From a virus (Duplodnaviria > Caudoviricetes), in IMG/VR virus record IMGVR_UViG_3300006045_001036: a stretch of DNA of 64,000 bases, one strand, 5' to 3'. The position numbers and the translations under genes were made by a program. The stretch's first letter is position 1, and each line of letters opens with the position of its first letter. Below, one piece after another: positions 28,001 to 37,362 of this stretch. The notes beneath the pieces are model-generated. The model worked only from the letters and a program-made list of their open reading frames with translations. It ran no database searches and had not been told where the DNA came from.

Positions 28001-28996
28001 TGTTTCTACAAATACTATGGATTTGTCACTGGCTGTACCGCTTATTTTTGTCGAAACATCTTCACGGTTTACTTTGACATTGGCTCCACCGCTTGTCGCA
28101 AGTATACATTGTCCGTAACCCATTCCCCATTCGTTGGGGATTGTTGCTCCTGTTCCTATGGTGTCGCCAAGGTCTGCAAGCATATCGGGGATTCCCGCCG
28201 TACCCGCATCGTTAGTTGTTAGTATGCTCCCTGCAGAGTTAGTTGCTTTGTAGAGTGCTTCAAGGCTTAGTCCTTTGACAACGAGACGGAGGGGGAAACC
28301 ATTGAATCTTGCGGCATAGGTGTTATTACTCGCTGTTGTTATTGGAGTTGTATCCTGCGAACCGCCTTTCGGCACGATTATAAATGAGATATACCCTGCT
28401 GTCCGTAATCCTGTAACCATGTTAGAGCTGTTTTTGAAATATCCCGCCCTGTTGCCTTTGTCATCAGAGATGTATGCGTCAATGATGTGGCTGAATGCTT
28501 CGAGGGATTTACGATTGGCTTCACGGTCATTAGTCGAATGACTGTCAGGAAGCACGGAGTCAGCCGTTGTCGGCTGTGCCGTGGTATTTGTCGGAGCGTT
28601 CGGGTGTGGTGTGCCGTTGCTTTGTGATTGATTAGGAGTTGTACCGCTACGTATGGGCGGTGTCTCCACACCAGAAGTGTGTTGTCTCGGTAGCAACGGA
28701 GTAATAACAGGCATATAACCGAAATCTGCACCATAACAACGCACTGTTACTCTCCAGCGATTTGAACCAAGATTAACCCACTGTCCTACTCCGTTACCCG
28801 AAGCGAACGCAGGTATGGTTATTCTTGACGAAATCCCTTGCATCATTAACTGCTGCCAACGCCATTCAGGGATTTTAACACTGTCAGGTAATTCAGGCGG
28901 TAATTGACGTAAAAAGCTTTCGTAAGCGGATATACCAACATTTCTTCCTAAGTTATGAAGTTGTTTTGTAGACATATTAATACAAAGTCCTTCCAT
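25025..28996 (-). CDS. tail fibre / receptor-binding protein with C-terminal glycine-rich domain
   Basis: GISAYE N-terminal motif, IKDKAVTPNKI/IPPGEITRDKL fibre repeats, GKYLMECWGAEGG..GGGGCSYV..AGGGGG. Confidence 0.75.
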   Translation of the reverse strand: MEGLCINMSTKQLHNLGRNVGISAYESFLRQLPPELPDSVKIPEWRWQQLMMQGISSRITIPAFASGNGVGQWVNLGSNRWRVTVRCYGADFGYMPVITPLLPRQHTSGVETPPIRSGTTPNQSQSNGTPHPNAPTNTTAQPTTADSVLPDSHSTNDREANRKSLEAFSHIIDAYISDDKGNRAGYFKNSSNMVTGLRTAGYISFIIVPKGGSQDTTPITTASNNTYAARFNGFPLRLVVKGLSLEALYKATNSAGSILTTNDAGTAGIPDMLADLGDTIGTGATIPNEWGMGYGQCILATSGGANVKVNREDVSTKISGTASDKSIVFVETPFEKFSVPAIRNVEDKANYYEDAPYPSGNANVGGTATERDPRYFSVDDPVTWGKILRNLSRSGVNAIDKGLFPDPSHSAYVSGRNAPVTRYSTVLINPSTGNITGVRGSTSPSPLTMQGTVQSNGTGLTSDGGVVFAEDGESRDFNIEFGRVMEADKDVFLTLDVPSAMHMVSTLSRTENTNGCTTMHLVRIRGSEKRTFTSLQGAYNDSEEYDWSSNNPNPTFKTFNPANTDSDFATMARLAVSFSDVSESLTERISGSFRLKIPYGTGDNQVQNGDRLAIRCVNWGSTTSPSRITPTGVGAGGHSSSFGPRWGLPRIPETGSGNVFVFRVRDTVNAIYPLDFRQYIAAWDVDYDPVTQTVRTYNAANRTGHKFPENTSIAVTQKRLANIVVGNDTPDDDTWGESDSLYVILKKTWGQILKFGEKSFRTDDGDVMLPSRLPTTDTSYRALTSAEEANRKLDNNSTNNEVVIPVAIKDKAVTPNKILPHNRNNSPASSGDMLMRSLNKASNNDRNSEWGKLTNDMIPPGEITRDKLDEGWEFHCTKGEQQITLSAGKYLMECWGAEGGGDRSDRSGLDGRNQGGMGMYKSAEVRLSAPCTFYIGVGEKPSNNGVGGFPQGGDAGDGSRHATLNLPRGYGGGGCSYVRVYPCRDVSSITRIGGTFVKDEKNIGDAVGQNYSYPIGDSTNASTVTLELEYTPASHLNRSGWNHFSSRCIIQSITRNNSLVDLSASGLRYEVSAYDTETGVTRILQSEATVPTTEPSNLPAVGSNIDWKYSIGHLLRKSNGSDFTTEELAGTTAVRVLIKNIPNGSSGTFQIRCTRNSTSHSTDLGGVSGDLMIFKIVARTQNIIEDFKPFQLFYNPNSPISGKGEPILCAGGGGGASMITNGRPTNLTSTDHEGNTTNADSYGAGGHSLSSDWGGGGSGNLGGAGAVNINAGGNAGRSSIDTDATRQNGYITGSNPISSITDPGLSKPRNYGHGKVIITKKLT

Positions 28997-30605
28997 TCAT
29001 ATTTAACTCGTTGTCAGTGTGTTCTACATAGTCCTGTCGGAATAAATCACGAGACAAGTCAAGTGCAAGAAGCTGTACTTTCCACTCAATCTGCACTACC
29101 TGACCTTTACCGACTCGGGGGATTGAACGTTGAAGCTGACGCATCCTACGTCTGTAGCGTTGAGCAGCCGTGACCAAAATTCGCTCGCCGACATAACTCT
29201 TATCTTCTCCGTTCGGTACATCATAAAAATCATCTGTCAAATCCTGCGGAGACCATTCTTTAGGGAATACACGATAACCAGCAAGCAATTCGGCAGGAGC
29301 TTGGTATCGGTTTCGTAAGATTTCGGGAATATCCGGATTGTTAGGATATTTTTCACCGTTCCACCGAGTTCCCCACAGTCCGCATTCGGGAATGAAGAGA
29401 TAATCTCTATCCCCTCGCATAGATTTCAAAGCACCGAGAGATATCAACGCAGTGTAAACAACGTCGATTGAGCGAACTGTTTCCGCTGTGTTCATACCAT
29501 CGGTACGAGACATAGGGTAGAACGCTCTTCTTGCTTGTATCGGTACACGGTTATGTTGATGAGTCACCAATTCACATTCTAAAGGCAGAGGGGAAGGAAC
29601 TGGCAAACCTGTTGCACTTCCGACATTACAACAACTACAATGACAGTTACAGTCAGGGTTGCCGCAGAGATTGATTCCCTCGACTTGACGGCGGTAATTC
29701 TCTTTTTCATCAATGTAAACAAAAACTCTCGACCCTGCGGGGAGTGTTCCCCCGCCGAAAGCTGATTGTATAAATACCTTGTTTTGATTTGCGGCACGGT
29801 CAATATCAACAATCACCCGAGGACCCACAATATCTGTTTCATTTCGGCGAATATATAGCAAATCTCCTATTCGAAAAGATGAAGCGTCTGCTACCCTTAG
29901 CTCGACAGCCGTGCTGTTTTCTTGAAAACTTAATGTTGTCGGAGCAACGTACTCATAGCCTCGGATATAATCATCGACGTGCTGTGCGTATGGAATTCCT
30001 ATGCCGCTTTTCTTTCTCTCGTTATTATCATACTGCCACATAACATCCTCTGTTCGAATATCGGCGTCAAATCCTGGAGCATGAGTGAAGTAATTTCTTC
30101 TCGGTATTTTTATCGAGCTATTCGAGTCATTAACGCTGATTGAAGTAGTTACAGGATGTGGGTATCGGTAGTGTAGATTATCTCCGATTTGTTTCGTTTC
30201 TACGCCGTTATACCAAAGCTCACCGCCGTCAATAGAACTTAACAGAGGAACTCTTCTGCGTGTCGGGATATCTTGAGGGAAATGTAGCGTATTAATGTCG
30301 TCAACAGGCTCGTTGTCTTCTTCCCACATCTGAGCAAGTTGAATTGCATTTCCTTCAGAATCTTCGCCAACACCGTTTAATCCCATTGTCCCAAGTGAAA
30401 TATACTGCGGCAAGTAGTTTTTCAACAAACCGCCGACATTATCAAACCCATATCCTTGCAAGTAGTGAGCAATCCCCTCTAACAAAGTTGTGGTTACAGA
30501 GTTTTGCCCTTTATGAACTTGGTCTACTCGCCCAGTGGCTTCGTCAATAACTTTTATAGTGACATTATTAATTGCGGTAGCAGTTTTGTGGCTTTTCATT
30601 CGCAC
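28977..30605 (-). CDS. baseplate / fibre-attachment protein (gp8-like position)
   Basis: NVTIKVID..HKGQNSVT..YISLGT..IPECGLW..IEWKVQ pattern of fibre-proximal baseplate proteins. Confidence 0.6.
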   Translation of the reverse strand: MRMKSHKTATAINNVTIKVIDEATGRVDQVHKGQNSVTTTLLEGIAHYLQGYGFDNVGGLLKNYLPQYISLGTMGLNGVGEDSEGNAIQLAQMWEEDNEPVDDINTLHFPQDIPTRRRVPLLSSIDGGELWYNGVETKQIGDNLHYRYPHPVTTSISVNDSNSSIKIPRRNYFTHAPGFDADIRTEDVMWQYDNNERKKSGIGIPYAQHVDDYIRGYEYVAPTTLSFQENSTAVELRVADASSFRIGDLLYIRRNETDIVGPRVIVDIDRAANQNKVFIQSAFGGGTLPAGSRVFVYIDEKENYRRQVEGINLCGNPDCNCHCSCCNVGSATGLPVPSPLPLECELVTHQHNRVPIQARRAFYPMSRTDGMNTAETVRSIDVVYTALISLGALKSMRGDRDYLFIPECGLWGTRWNGEKYPNNPDIPEILRNRYQAPAELLAGYRVFPKEWSPQDLTDDFYDVPNGEDKSYVGERILVTAAQRYRRRMRQLQRSIPRVGKGQVVQIEWKVQLLALDLSRDLFRQDYVEHTDNELNMNGRTLY

Positions 30606-30611
30606 ACTCCT

Positions 30612-31268
30612 TTACGGTATTTCGTCGGCGAAGATAAATTTATCAGAATTATTTTCGTAACTTGAAGGGTCAATTAAAACCACGGCTTGGTTGAGGGAGT
30701 TGAAATTACCTATTTTAATCTCATTCTTATCAATCAAATCTTGGTCTACCCTGACGTGAAGATTATAAGCGGTAAACCCCGCTCGGTCTCGGTCAAGCAT
30801 CTCATTAAAGGTGAAAGCGTCGGGATAAGGCTTTGCGTTTGTTGGTCTGCCGCCTAATGTTTGCCCGTATCGTGTATACTGAGCAGGTAAGTAATTCGCC
30901 CAACGTGGTCGTGTTGTCGGGTTGTCGTTCGTAGGTTTCCACATCCAAATATCATAAGAAGACAGTTGTAACAAGGAAAATGCCGCAGGAGGTGCAAGTG
31001 GGTTTAATCCGCTTGCAGTTCTCAGAATTGGATTACCACCGCTCGTTATCAACTCAGAATATTGTTCTGCCAGAGGGATTCCCAACATCCGATTATCTTG
31101 TGGAACACTCCGACCTTGGAAGATGTTATACTCTGCTGTTGATAGCGTTTCTTGTGCTATTGTTGTTCCGTTTGCTCGGGTGTCTCTTATATAACTCGGT
31201 GTGTTAGGAGAGCGAGGCAGTTTGCCATCCATCATTGCATGAGTATACCCGCTATTGTGATTAGCCAA
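30612..31268 (-). CDS. hypothetical tail-region protein
   Basis: GGAG-8 nt-TTG start preferred over GTG 31277. Confidence 0.65.
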   Translation of the reverse strand: MANHNSGYTHAMMDGKLPRSPNTPSYIRDTRANGTTIAQETLSTAEYNIFQGRSVPQDNRMLGIPLAEQYSELITSGGNPILRTASGLNPLAPPAAFSLLQLSSYDIWMWKPTNDNPTTRPRWANYLPAQYTRYGQTLGGRPTNAKPYPDAFTFNEMLDRDRAGFTAYNLHVRVDQDLIDKNEIKIGNFNSLNQAVVLIDPSSYENNSDKFIFADEIP

Positions 31269-31331
31269 TTTGCTCACTCCTTCCCAATTTAACCTACTGT
31301 GAAAGAGTTTATCGAATTACGAACAAAGCAC

Positions 31332-31365
31332 AAAAATACCGAGGATAAGATTCCTCGGTATTTTT
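31332..31365. terminator. bidirectional intrinsic terminator
   Basis: AAAAATACCGAGGA-6 nt-TCCTCGGTATTTTT. Confidence 0.8.
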
Positions 31366-31379
31366 GAAAGTGGCGAGTG

Positions 31380-31946
31380 TTACAGTTTCCCCAACCATTT
31401 ATCTATGCCATCATAGGCATCATCGTAGTTATTATAAGTAGCTTTTGCACAACCGCTTACTACGATATTATGCAGTTTCCACCTTTGCTTTGGATTTCCT
31501 GTCAATTTTGCTGACTGTGCTTGATGCTTCTTGTTATCTTGTTTCTCCAAAGGAGCTTTCTCTGCGTTTGTTTTTCTTGCATGGCGAAAATGATTAGATA
31601 ATCGAAATATGATTAGACATTTACTCGTGCTGTTGGGCGGGAAAAAGTACCAATAGTGAGACATCCCGCTCTGCTCGCTAATGACATAATCAAGTGGCTC
31701 AATGTTATGAGTATAAAACAACCCCATAACACTTTGTACAAAATCTTCGTATTCGCCTAATACGAAGTTTTCAATGACAGCTCCCGATGCTATCTTAGTC
31801 GTAGGATAGGACGCCGCAATCGGGACAGTTTTGTCTAACCCCTCCAACTCCACATCTACCACGATAACATTTTCCAACGATATGCCGTGTTGTGTAGCCA
31901 GTTGCTGTATTGATTTTGCACTGCTTAATAATCTAATCATTATCAA
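31380..31946 (-). CDS. inserted gene with head-type leader (MIRLLSSAK); candidate capsid-internal protein
   Basis: GAGGTG RBS, own TAGCATT motif and terminator; IFRLSNH motif. Confidence 0.7.
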   Translation of the reverse strand: MIMIRLLSSAKSIQQLATQHGISLENVIVVDVELEGLDKTVPIAASYPTTKIASGAVIENFVLGEYEDFVQSVMGLFYTHNIEPLDYVISEQSGMSHYWYFFPPNSTSKCLIIFRLSNHFRHARKTNAEKAPLEKQDNKKHQAQSAKLTGNPKQRWKLHNIVVSGCAKATYNNYDDAYDGIDKWLGKL

Positions 31947-31966
31947 TCACCTCGCTTTACTTTATT

Positions 31967-31973
31967 AATGCTA
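31967..31973 (-). promoter_or_regulatory. candidate phage late promoter motif TAGCATT
   Basis: Intergenic, ~20 nt upstream of the 31946 start. Confidence 0.5.
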
Positions 31974-31998
31974 CCACGAATTAATGATTTTGTCAAGA

Positions 31999-34341
31999 TT
32001 AATCCTCGTTTCCTGTCGGCTTTTGCTTATCTTTAGGAATGCTCGTAACTTTCAAACCATCGGTGATTGTGTTCTCAGCATCAACTTTCGGCACGTTTTC
32101 AAGTGTTGGGTTAACTCCAGGAGCTAAAGCCCACGCATCATTCCCAACATTGAGATATTCGGGAGTTCCTGTCAGCAAGGCATTCCCTGTACCGTTGTCG
32201 TCTCCAAATCGGATTTTGCCCCGCAGTAAATTCAGTTGTAAGGTTTGACCAGCACTTTCTTCAAGAGCCGAAGGAAGTTCTTCCGCCGTCAACCGCTCGT
32301 CAGCGTATTGAAGATTGAACATTCGTACTTTCTCTTGTTTGTCACCGCTCATCCAATCCACGGTAATCGGAGAAGGATTCCCTGTCTTGTTTCTTGTATG
32401 AGTCGGCAGATATCCGAGTTCGAAGATTTTCGGCATAAGTCGCTTGACAGTGTGTTCGTTGTTAGATAATTGGAAAGAATACAGCGTGTTGTACCCTGCA
32501 TCGTATTCAGGCGGGAGTACGTAAGGGTTATAGTTCGCAAGGTCAGGATTGCCTTGGTGTGGTTGACTTGGGTCAAGCGGTCTTTTATTTGGGTTTGAGT
32601 TCTGGTCAGGGTCGATATTCGTACTGTTCCTTGACCAAAACTTTTTACGATTGTGATTAGGGATAAGAGTTCCTCGGGGAGAAGGAAATATCCGCTTAAA
32701 CAGAGCTTGCGTGGAAGATGTGCTCATTAACTCACGAATAACTTCTTTTCTTGGTACATTGGTTGTGCTTACGACCTCCGCATTCTCGTTTTTAAATACG
32801 CTTGCTTCTGTAGAAAAACTTCGACGACGGTTTTCTCTGTACGTGGTTTGACCTCCGACAGTATTCTCAAAAACAGTGAATATCGCTGTACCAACAGGCA
32901 GGGTAAGTTCCCATTTCGCCTCTCCTGCTTTATTCAAAATAATAATACTTGAAGCCTTGTTAATATCAGTGATAGTACGAAGATTAGTTCCATCTGTCGT
33001 ATTACCGTCACGACGAAAAGATATTTGGTCTCCAATACGGAATTGGAAAATGCTAACAACCCTTATCGCCGTTGCCCCGCTCTCCATCCGGTGAGACAGG
33101 GTTGTCGGCGAAACAAATTGCTCGGTATCGTATATCGGTTTGCCATTATCATCCCACCCTATTTCCTGTGCAATATTCGCAGCATTGTCTTCAAGCCATT
33201 GTTGGAAACCCGCATTATCAGAACTTTGGTATAGTGGGTGGTTTAATTCGTCTCGTAATGGTGGTTGACCTGCATCAGTCCATGTTGCAGGGTTAGTAGT
33301 ATCCGTACCGTCGTTTAACGGAATTGAGTGTGTCGGTCGTGAATTGTTTGTCTGCGGGTTAAGTCCGTCAGCCCCGCTACCACTCAATCTTGGTAATTCA
33401 ATATTCTGCGGATTGAGACCTGCAAATGGGTGAGCAGCGTATTGTTGCAGTGTAGAAAAGTCAGGACGATTATAATCACCGATACCGCCGTAAATTGACG
33501 GCGAAAACTTCTCATTCGGGTTAATTCGAGTGTTGTCCGCAAGCTGGTCACCCAGGGACGGATGAATTAATATACGGTTGTGAGCTGAGAGTTTTACCCC
33601 CGCTTGTTGGAAAAGATAAAGCCCGAGAGGTCTAACATATTCTAAACAAGCGTCCGTAGGCACGACTTCAGAGAAGTATACGACGTTAATGTAATAAGGT
33701 TCATTTCGCACAAATCGCACTCTTCCCTGTGAATCCTTCAACAAAGCATCCGAGTTAACGCTGACAGCGACAGCGTTATTTGGTAGAGTAGTCTCGTCTA
33801 ATCGGTCTTCGGTGATTGCCCTCGCTCTCATCTCGGCTTCAAAATTCACAGCGTCCGACTTAACCGTGAGTTTTGGGTCAGCGTTGTGGTCGATGCCGTT
33901 ATAAGCGACACCGCCTGTATTTTCGTCAACAACTTCAACACCTCGGGAATAAGCGTTACGGAAATTGTCAATGAAATATTGAAATTCTCTGTCTGACACC
34001 GCATCCATATTGTCAAGCCCCAAGGACGCCAAATTCGTTAAAGCTCCGATTGTTACCCCTGTTCGACTACCACGGTTATAAATCATACTTGGAAAATGGT
34101 AGAGTACAAGGCGATTAAACTGCGGTTGAAATCTCCAGTCGTATACAAACCCCATTCGGTGAGCAAGCAAGGGGATAAGGTTTTCTTGAACTTGAAGCGG
34201 GTCAAGATTATCAGTTATACGGTCAGTTTTGTCAGATGTTTCGGAAAACGCTTGGTCGATTGCGTTAAGAAATACTTGAAATTCCTCCGACTCCCGCCAG
34301 TAGGTTTCGGGAGTTAGGTTAATAGATTTAATGATTGCCAT
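31999..34341 (-). CDS. baseplate wedge protein (P2 gpI / T4 gp7-like)
   Basis: LDPLQVQENLIPLLAHRMGF..YNRGSRTGV..LEYVRPLG; follows the gp6-like gene. Confidence 0.75.
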   Translation of the reverse strand: MAIIKSINLTPETYWRESEEFQVFLNAIDQAFSETSDKTDRITDNLDPLQVQENLIPLLAHRMGFVYDWRFQPQFNRLVLYHFPSMIYNRGSRTGVTIGALTNLASLGLDNMDAVSDREFQYFIDNFRNAYSRGVEVVDENTGGVAYNGIDHNADPKLTVKSDAVNFEAEMRARAITEDRLDETTLPNNAVAVSVNSDALLKDSQGRVRFVRNEPYYINVVYFSEVVPTDACLEYVRPLGLYLFQQAGVKLSAHNRILIHPSLGDQLADNTRINPNEKFSPSIYGGIGDYNRPDFSTLQQYAAHPFAGLNPQNIELPRLSGSGADGLNPQTNNSRPTHSIPLNDGTDTTNPATWTDAGQPPLRDELNHPLYQSSDNAGFQQWLEDNAANIAQEIGWDDNGKPIYDTEQFVSPTTLSHRMESGATAIRVVSIFQFRIGDQISFRRDGNTTDGTNLRTITDINKASSIIILNKAGEAKWELTLPVGTAIFTVFENTVGGQTTYRENRRRSFSTEASVFKNENAEVVSTTNVPRKEVIRELMSTSSTQALFKRIFPSPRGTLIPNHNRKKFWSRNSTNIDPDQNSNPNKRPLDPSQPHQGNPDLANYNPYVLPPEYDAGYNTLYSFQLSNNEHTVKRLMPKIFELGYLPTHTRNKTGNPSPITVDWMSGDKQEKVRMFNLQYADERLTAEELPSALEESAGQTLQLNLLRGKIRFGDDNGTGNALLTGTPEYLNVGNDAWALAPGVNPTLENVPKVDAENTITDGLKVTSIPKDKQKPTGNED

Positions 34342-34365
34342 GATTACCTCCTTGCCGTAAAAATC

Positions 34366-36552
34366 CTATTCACTGCGAAAATCGTTAATACACTCGGGAG
34401 CCACAACCAACGACCGCCAAGGCGAGCCATCGGCAAACCGTCCCATTCTTACAGGGTTTGCGGGTTCTCCGATATACCGTGCAAACGATATGAAATTGAA
34501 ATAGTCAATATCCATCCCTTCGTCATACTCAATTGCTGGGTGTCCAACCGTCCCTGGGTCATAGAAACGAATATTCTCATCTGCTTCCAGTATAACTTCC
34601 GTTAAATCAAGCAACTTTGGTTTCTCGGACATACGAGCGTTTCCGGGAGCATAAGCGATGGAAATTGCTTGTTTGATTTTGTTAATAAGTAACTCGGCAT
34701 TCTGTTTTGATACAGGGCGGTGAGTGTAGATTGTACCGACACAAAACCAGTTAAACACTCTAATATATCCGAAGCTGATAGTCGCCGTCATAACTTGGAG
34801 TGCCTCGTAGTCTGCTCGAATAAGCTCTTGAACTTTATTTGACGGCTTATATCGGTGGAAATGTCCTCCCGTTGTCTCTATATCTGAGTGTAAGTCTGTA
34901 TCAGTTGTTACCTGTGTCATGTCGAAGTCGTTCCAAACAGCAAAACACATTGCAGTATGTGTTTTGAAGTTGGCATCAAACAGCAATTTCGTCGGGTCTT
35001 CGGGGTCGTAGCCGATTGCAGATTCCCAGTCAATAACATAGTTTGAGCGGGTGAAATCACGGTTGGTAATATACTGACCGTTTTTCTTGTCATCGGGTAT
35101 GAGTGGGTGAGCGTATATCGCTTTATTAATCTCAATAGCTTTCTGACAATCGAGAACAACCCCTGTACTAATTCCCGGACTTGAGAGTAAAAACCGCAAG
35201 AAATCATGAACGGTTGACAGAGAGTACCATGTGTTAATATACAGACGTGAATTTTCTCGAGCCTCATTAGCTGTTTCAGGCGATTTACCTGTGAACGTCC
35301 AAGTATGCGGTATCTCAATTGTGTTGGGAAGGTTCTGCACCCCGACATACTCCGCAGCCGATTGACCGTTAAAAGTATTGTCTTTACGCCCAACCATTGC
35401 CGATATGTCGATATCGTCTGTTTCGTTGATTCTGGCAAGAGTGAGATTTCCGAGCATATTTTCACCGACAGAACCCAAAGCCCCTGTCGTATCTATCCAG
35501 TGTACTATAAGACGGTTATTACGCAAATTATCCATTGCACCGAGGTACGGTGAAATCTCGATTTGTGCATTGTCGTATATATCCGTAGTTATCGCAAATC
35601 TCGGTTGAGGTTCGATGAATTCAGCAGTCGATTGAAGTTGTACCCAGTTTTGAGTAAAGACGTTGGAGTCATCAGACACCCAAACACATGACTTGTCGAT
35701 GTGTTGTGACGGAAGCGGAATTACGTAATCATTATTAATTACTTCATTAACCGATACAGCGAAAGACCGTAACGTACCTTCGATACCGAGAACCGAAGCC
35801 GACTGAGCGTGTCGAGAGCAGTCATAAGTACCGTCTTCGTTTTCGGGGAACTCAACAACAACTTCAAAAGGTTCAGCAGACAGAGCTTGCCGAGGGTTAA
35901 TAGAGAAATCTCGATACCGCCGTGAATCCGAGCGTCCCATAGATGACGAGAACGGAATGATGTTGTATATTATTTGCCGAGGGTCTCCGTTTACATCAGT
36001 CTCAGCCGTCACGGTTGCAAAATCCTGACCGTTATATCCTAAGTCAAGAACCGCTTTTGAAACAAATTCTTCGGGGAAATCCTTCTTCGACAGATTCTTC
36101 AACGAAGTAACTACTTCAACAGGACTTAACGCACCTTCCGCCGTATTCGGGACAACAGGCGGGGGAAGAGTGAAAGATATTTCGGTTTTTGCCGCAGTAT
36201 ACTGAGCTAAGTAGTAATTGTGTTGAGCAAGAATACGAGCTATGTTCTTTCGCTGTTTGACAGAGTCAAGAAAACATTCACCCGCCATCTCATCAAGGGC
36301 TTTTGCCGCAATGTTATTAACGGAAGCAATCTGGTGGTATAGTACGTACCCTGGGTCATCTCCTGCCTCAGGACGCCAGAGCTTCGTCATAACTGCTGTA
36401 TTCGTAATCAAATCAGACAGCGTTGATTCAAAGTCCCGAGACACGTAATTAATTGTCATCTTTGTTTTTAAGTCTTCCAATTCTCGCCGTTTTTCATCCA
36501 TACGGTTGTGAAAAGCATCGAGATGATTGTCAAATCTATTAAGATTATCCAT
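34366..36552 (-). CDS. baseplate wedge subunit (T4 gp6 / P2 gpJ-like)
   Basis: INYVSRDFES, DDPG, ECFLDSVKQRKNI, TGKSPET. Confidence 0.85.
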   Translation of the reverse strand: MDNLNRFDNHLDAFHNRMDEKRRELEDLKTKMTINYVSRDFESTLSDLITNTAVMTKLWRPEAGDDPGYVLYHQIASVNNIAAKALDEMAGECFLDSVKQRKNIARILAQHNYYLAQYTAAKTEISFTLPPPVVPNTAEGALSPVEVVTSLKNLSKKDFPEEFVSKAVLDLGYNGQDFATVTAETDVNGDPRQIIYNIIPFSSSMGRSDSRRYRDFSINPRQALSAEPFEVVVEFPENEDGTYDCSRHAQSASVLGIEGTLRSFAVSVNEVINNDYVIPLPSQHIDKSCVWVSDDSNVFTQNWVQLQSTAEFIEPQPRFAITTDIYDNAQIEISPYLGAMDNLRNNRLIVHWIDTTGALGSVGENMLGNLTLARINETDDIDISAMVGRKDNTFNGQSAAEYVGVQNLPNTIEIPHTWTFTGKSPETANEARENSRLYINTWYSLSTVHDFLRFLLSSPGISTGVVLDCQKAIEINKAIYAHPLIPDDKKNGQYITNRDFTRSNYVIDWESAIGYDPEDPTKLLFDANFKTHTAMCFAVWNDFDMTQVTTDTDLHSDIETTGGHFHRYKPSNKVQELIRADYEALQVMTATISFGYIRVFNWFCVGTIYTHRPVSKQNAELLINKIKQAISIAYAPGNARMSEKPKLLDLTEVILEADENIRFYDPGTVGHPAIEYDEGMDIDYFNFISFARYIGEPANPVRMGRFADGSPWRSLVVAPECINDFRSE

Positions 36553-36570
36553 TATTGATTTCTCCTATCG

Positions 36571-37047
36571 TTATTTATTCCAGTCTGCCGACCAACGGAA
36601 GCTGCCTCGGGTTGTATTCCCGTCCGAATCAATGTTTTCCATTTTGATATCGACCTCAATTTCACTGAATCGGGTAACGATTGCTACCGTGGCTTCGAGT
36701 TTGTTCGGAGAAACTTCTTCTGCGTCTCCGTTAACATCTCCGTATTTATTTGCGGGACGTTTAGCCAGTACAGTCATTTCGGGAAACACCATCGGTTCAT
36801 ATTTAGCCAACTGGTCTTTTATCCGTTGTTCCAACAAAGCGTGAGTAATCGGAGTATTGTACCTAAGTTGATACTGAGGAAAACCAACCCCAAAATCAAC
36901 ACCGTTATATAGCTGTCCTGGACAGGACAAAAGCAACAGACGAGTGCGGTTAGTCACACTCGCATCGTCTTCCAAAACTGCCACACGATTTCTCGCACCG
37001 TCAAACATACGAGGGAATCGCAGAGAGGTTGTCATAGCCATAATCAA
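36571..37047 (-). CDS. baseplate wedge / sheath initiator (gp25-like)
   Basis: LLLLSCPGQLYNGVDFGVG..LAKYEP. Confidence 0.8.
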   Translation of the reverse strand: MIMAMTTSLRFPRMFDGARNRVAVLEDDASVTNRTRLLLLSCPGQLYNGVDFGVGFPQYQLRYNTPITHALLEQRIKDQLAKYEPMVFPEMTVLAKRPANKYGDVNGDAEEVSPNKLEATVAIVTRFSEIEVDIKMENIDSDGNTTRGSFRWSADWNK

Positions 37048-37349
37048 GACCTTCCTTCTATATTAGCACTGCCGAGCAGTGAACCCATTCTATTTACTAC
37101 TACCCAATCTTCCTTGTTGTTTCTCGTAGACTCCAACATTACGGTTTCGCCGTTTACGAGCGGAGAAGAAAACATTGCACATTGATACTGCGGGAGCTTG
37201 TTGTCAGGTATTCGATTATGCCGTTCTTGTGAACCACGGTAATCTCGTATATTTGCCGCACCGTGTATTGAGGGAATCCGCAGTTTTACCCACGTAGTTC
37301 CGTCAGGGCGGGTCTCAGACCTACCAACGACTGTTCCGTATATAATCAT
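37044..37349 (-). CDS. baseplate central spike OB-fold protein (gp5 N-terminal-like, short)
   Basis: GTVV..D..VKLRIPSIHG..LP; between hub and gp25-like genes. Confidence 0.6.
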   Translation of the reverse strand: MIIYGTVVGRSETRPDGTTWVKLRIPSIHGAANIRDYRGSQERHNRIPDNKLPQYQCAMFSSPLVNGETVMLESTRNNKEDWVVVNRMGSLLGSANIEGRS

Positions 37350-37362
37350 ACCAATACCTCTA

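Noticed and set aside
25025-28996. Diversity-generating retroelement target in the tail fibre
   Set aside because: No reverse transcriptase and no template/variable repeat pair noticed in this window
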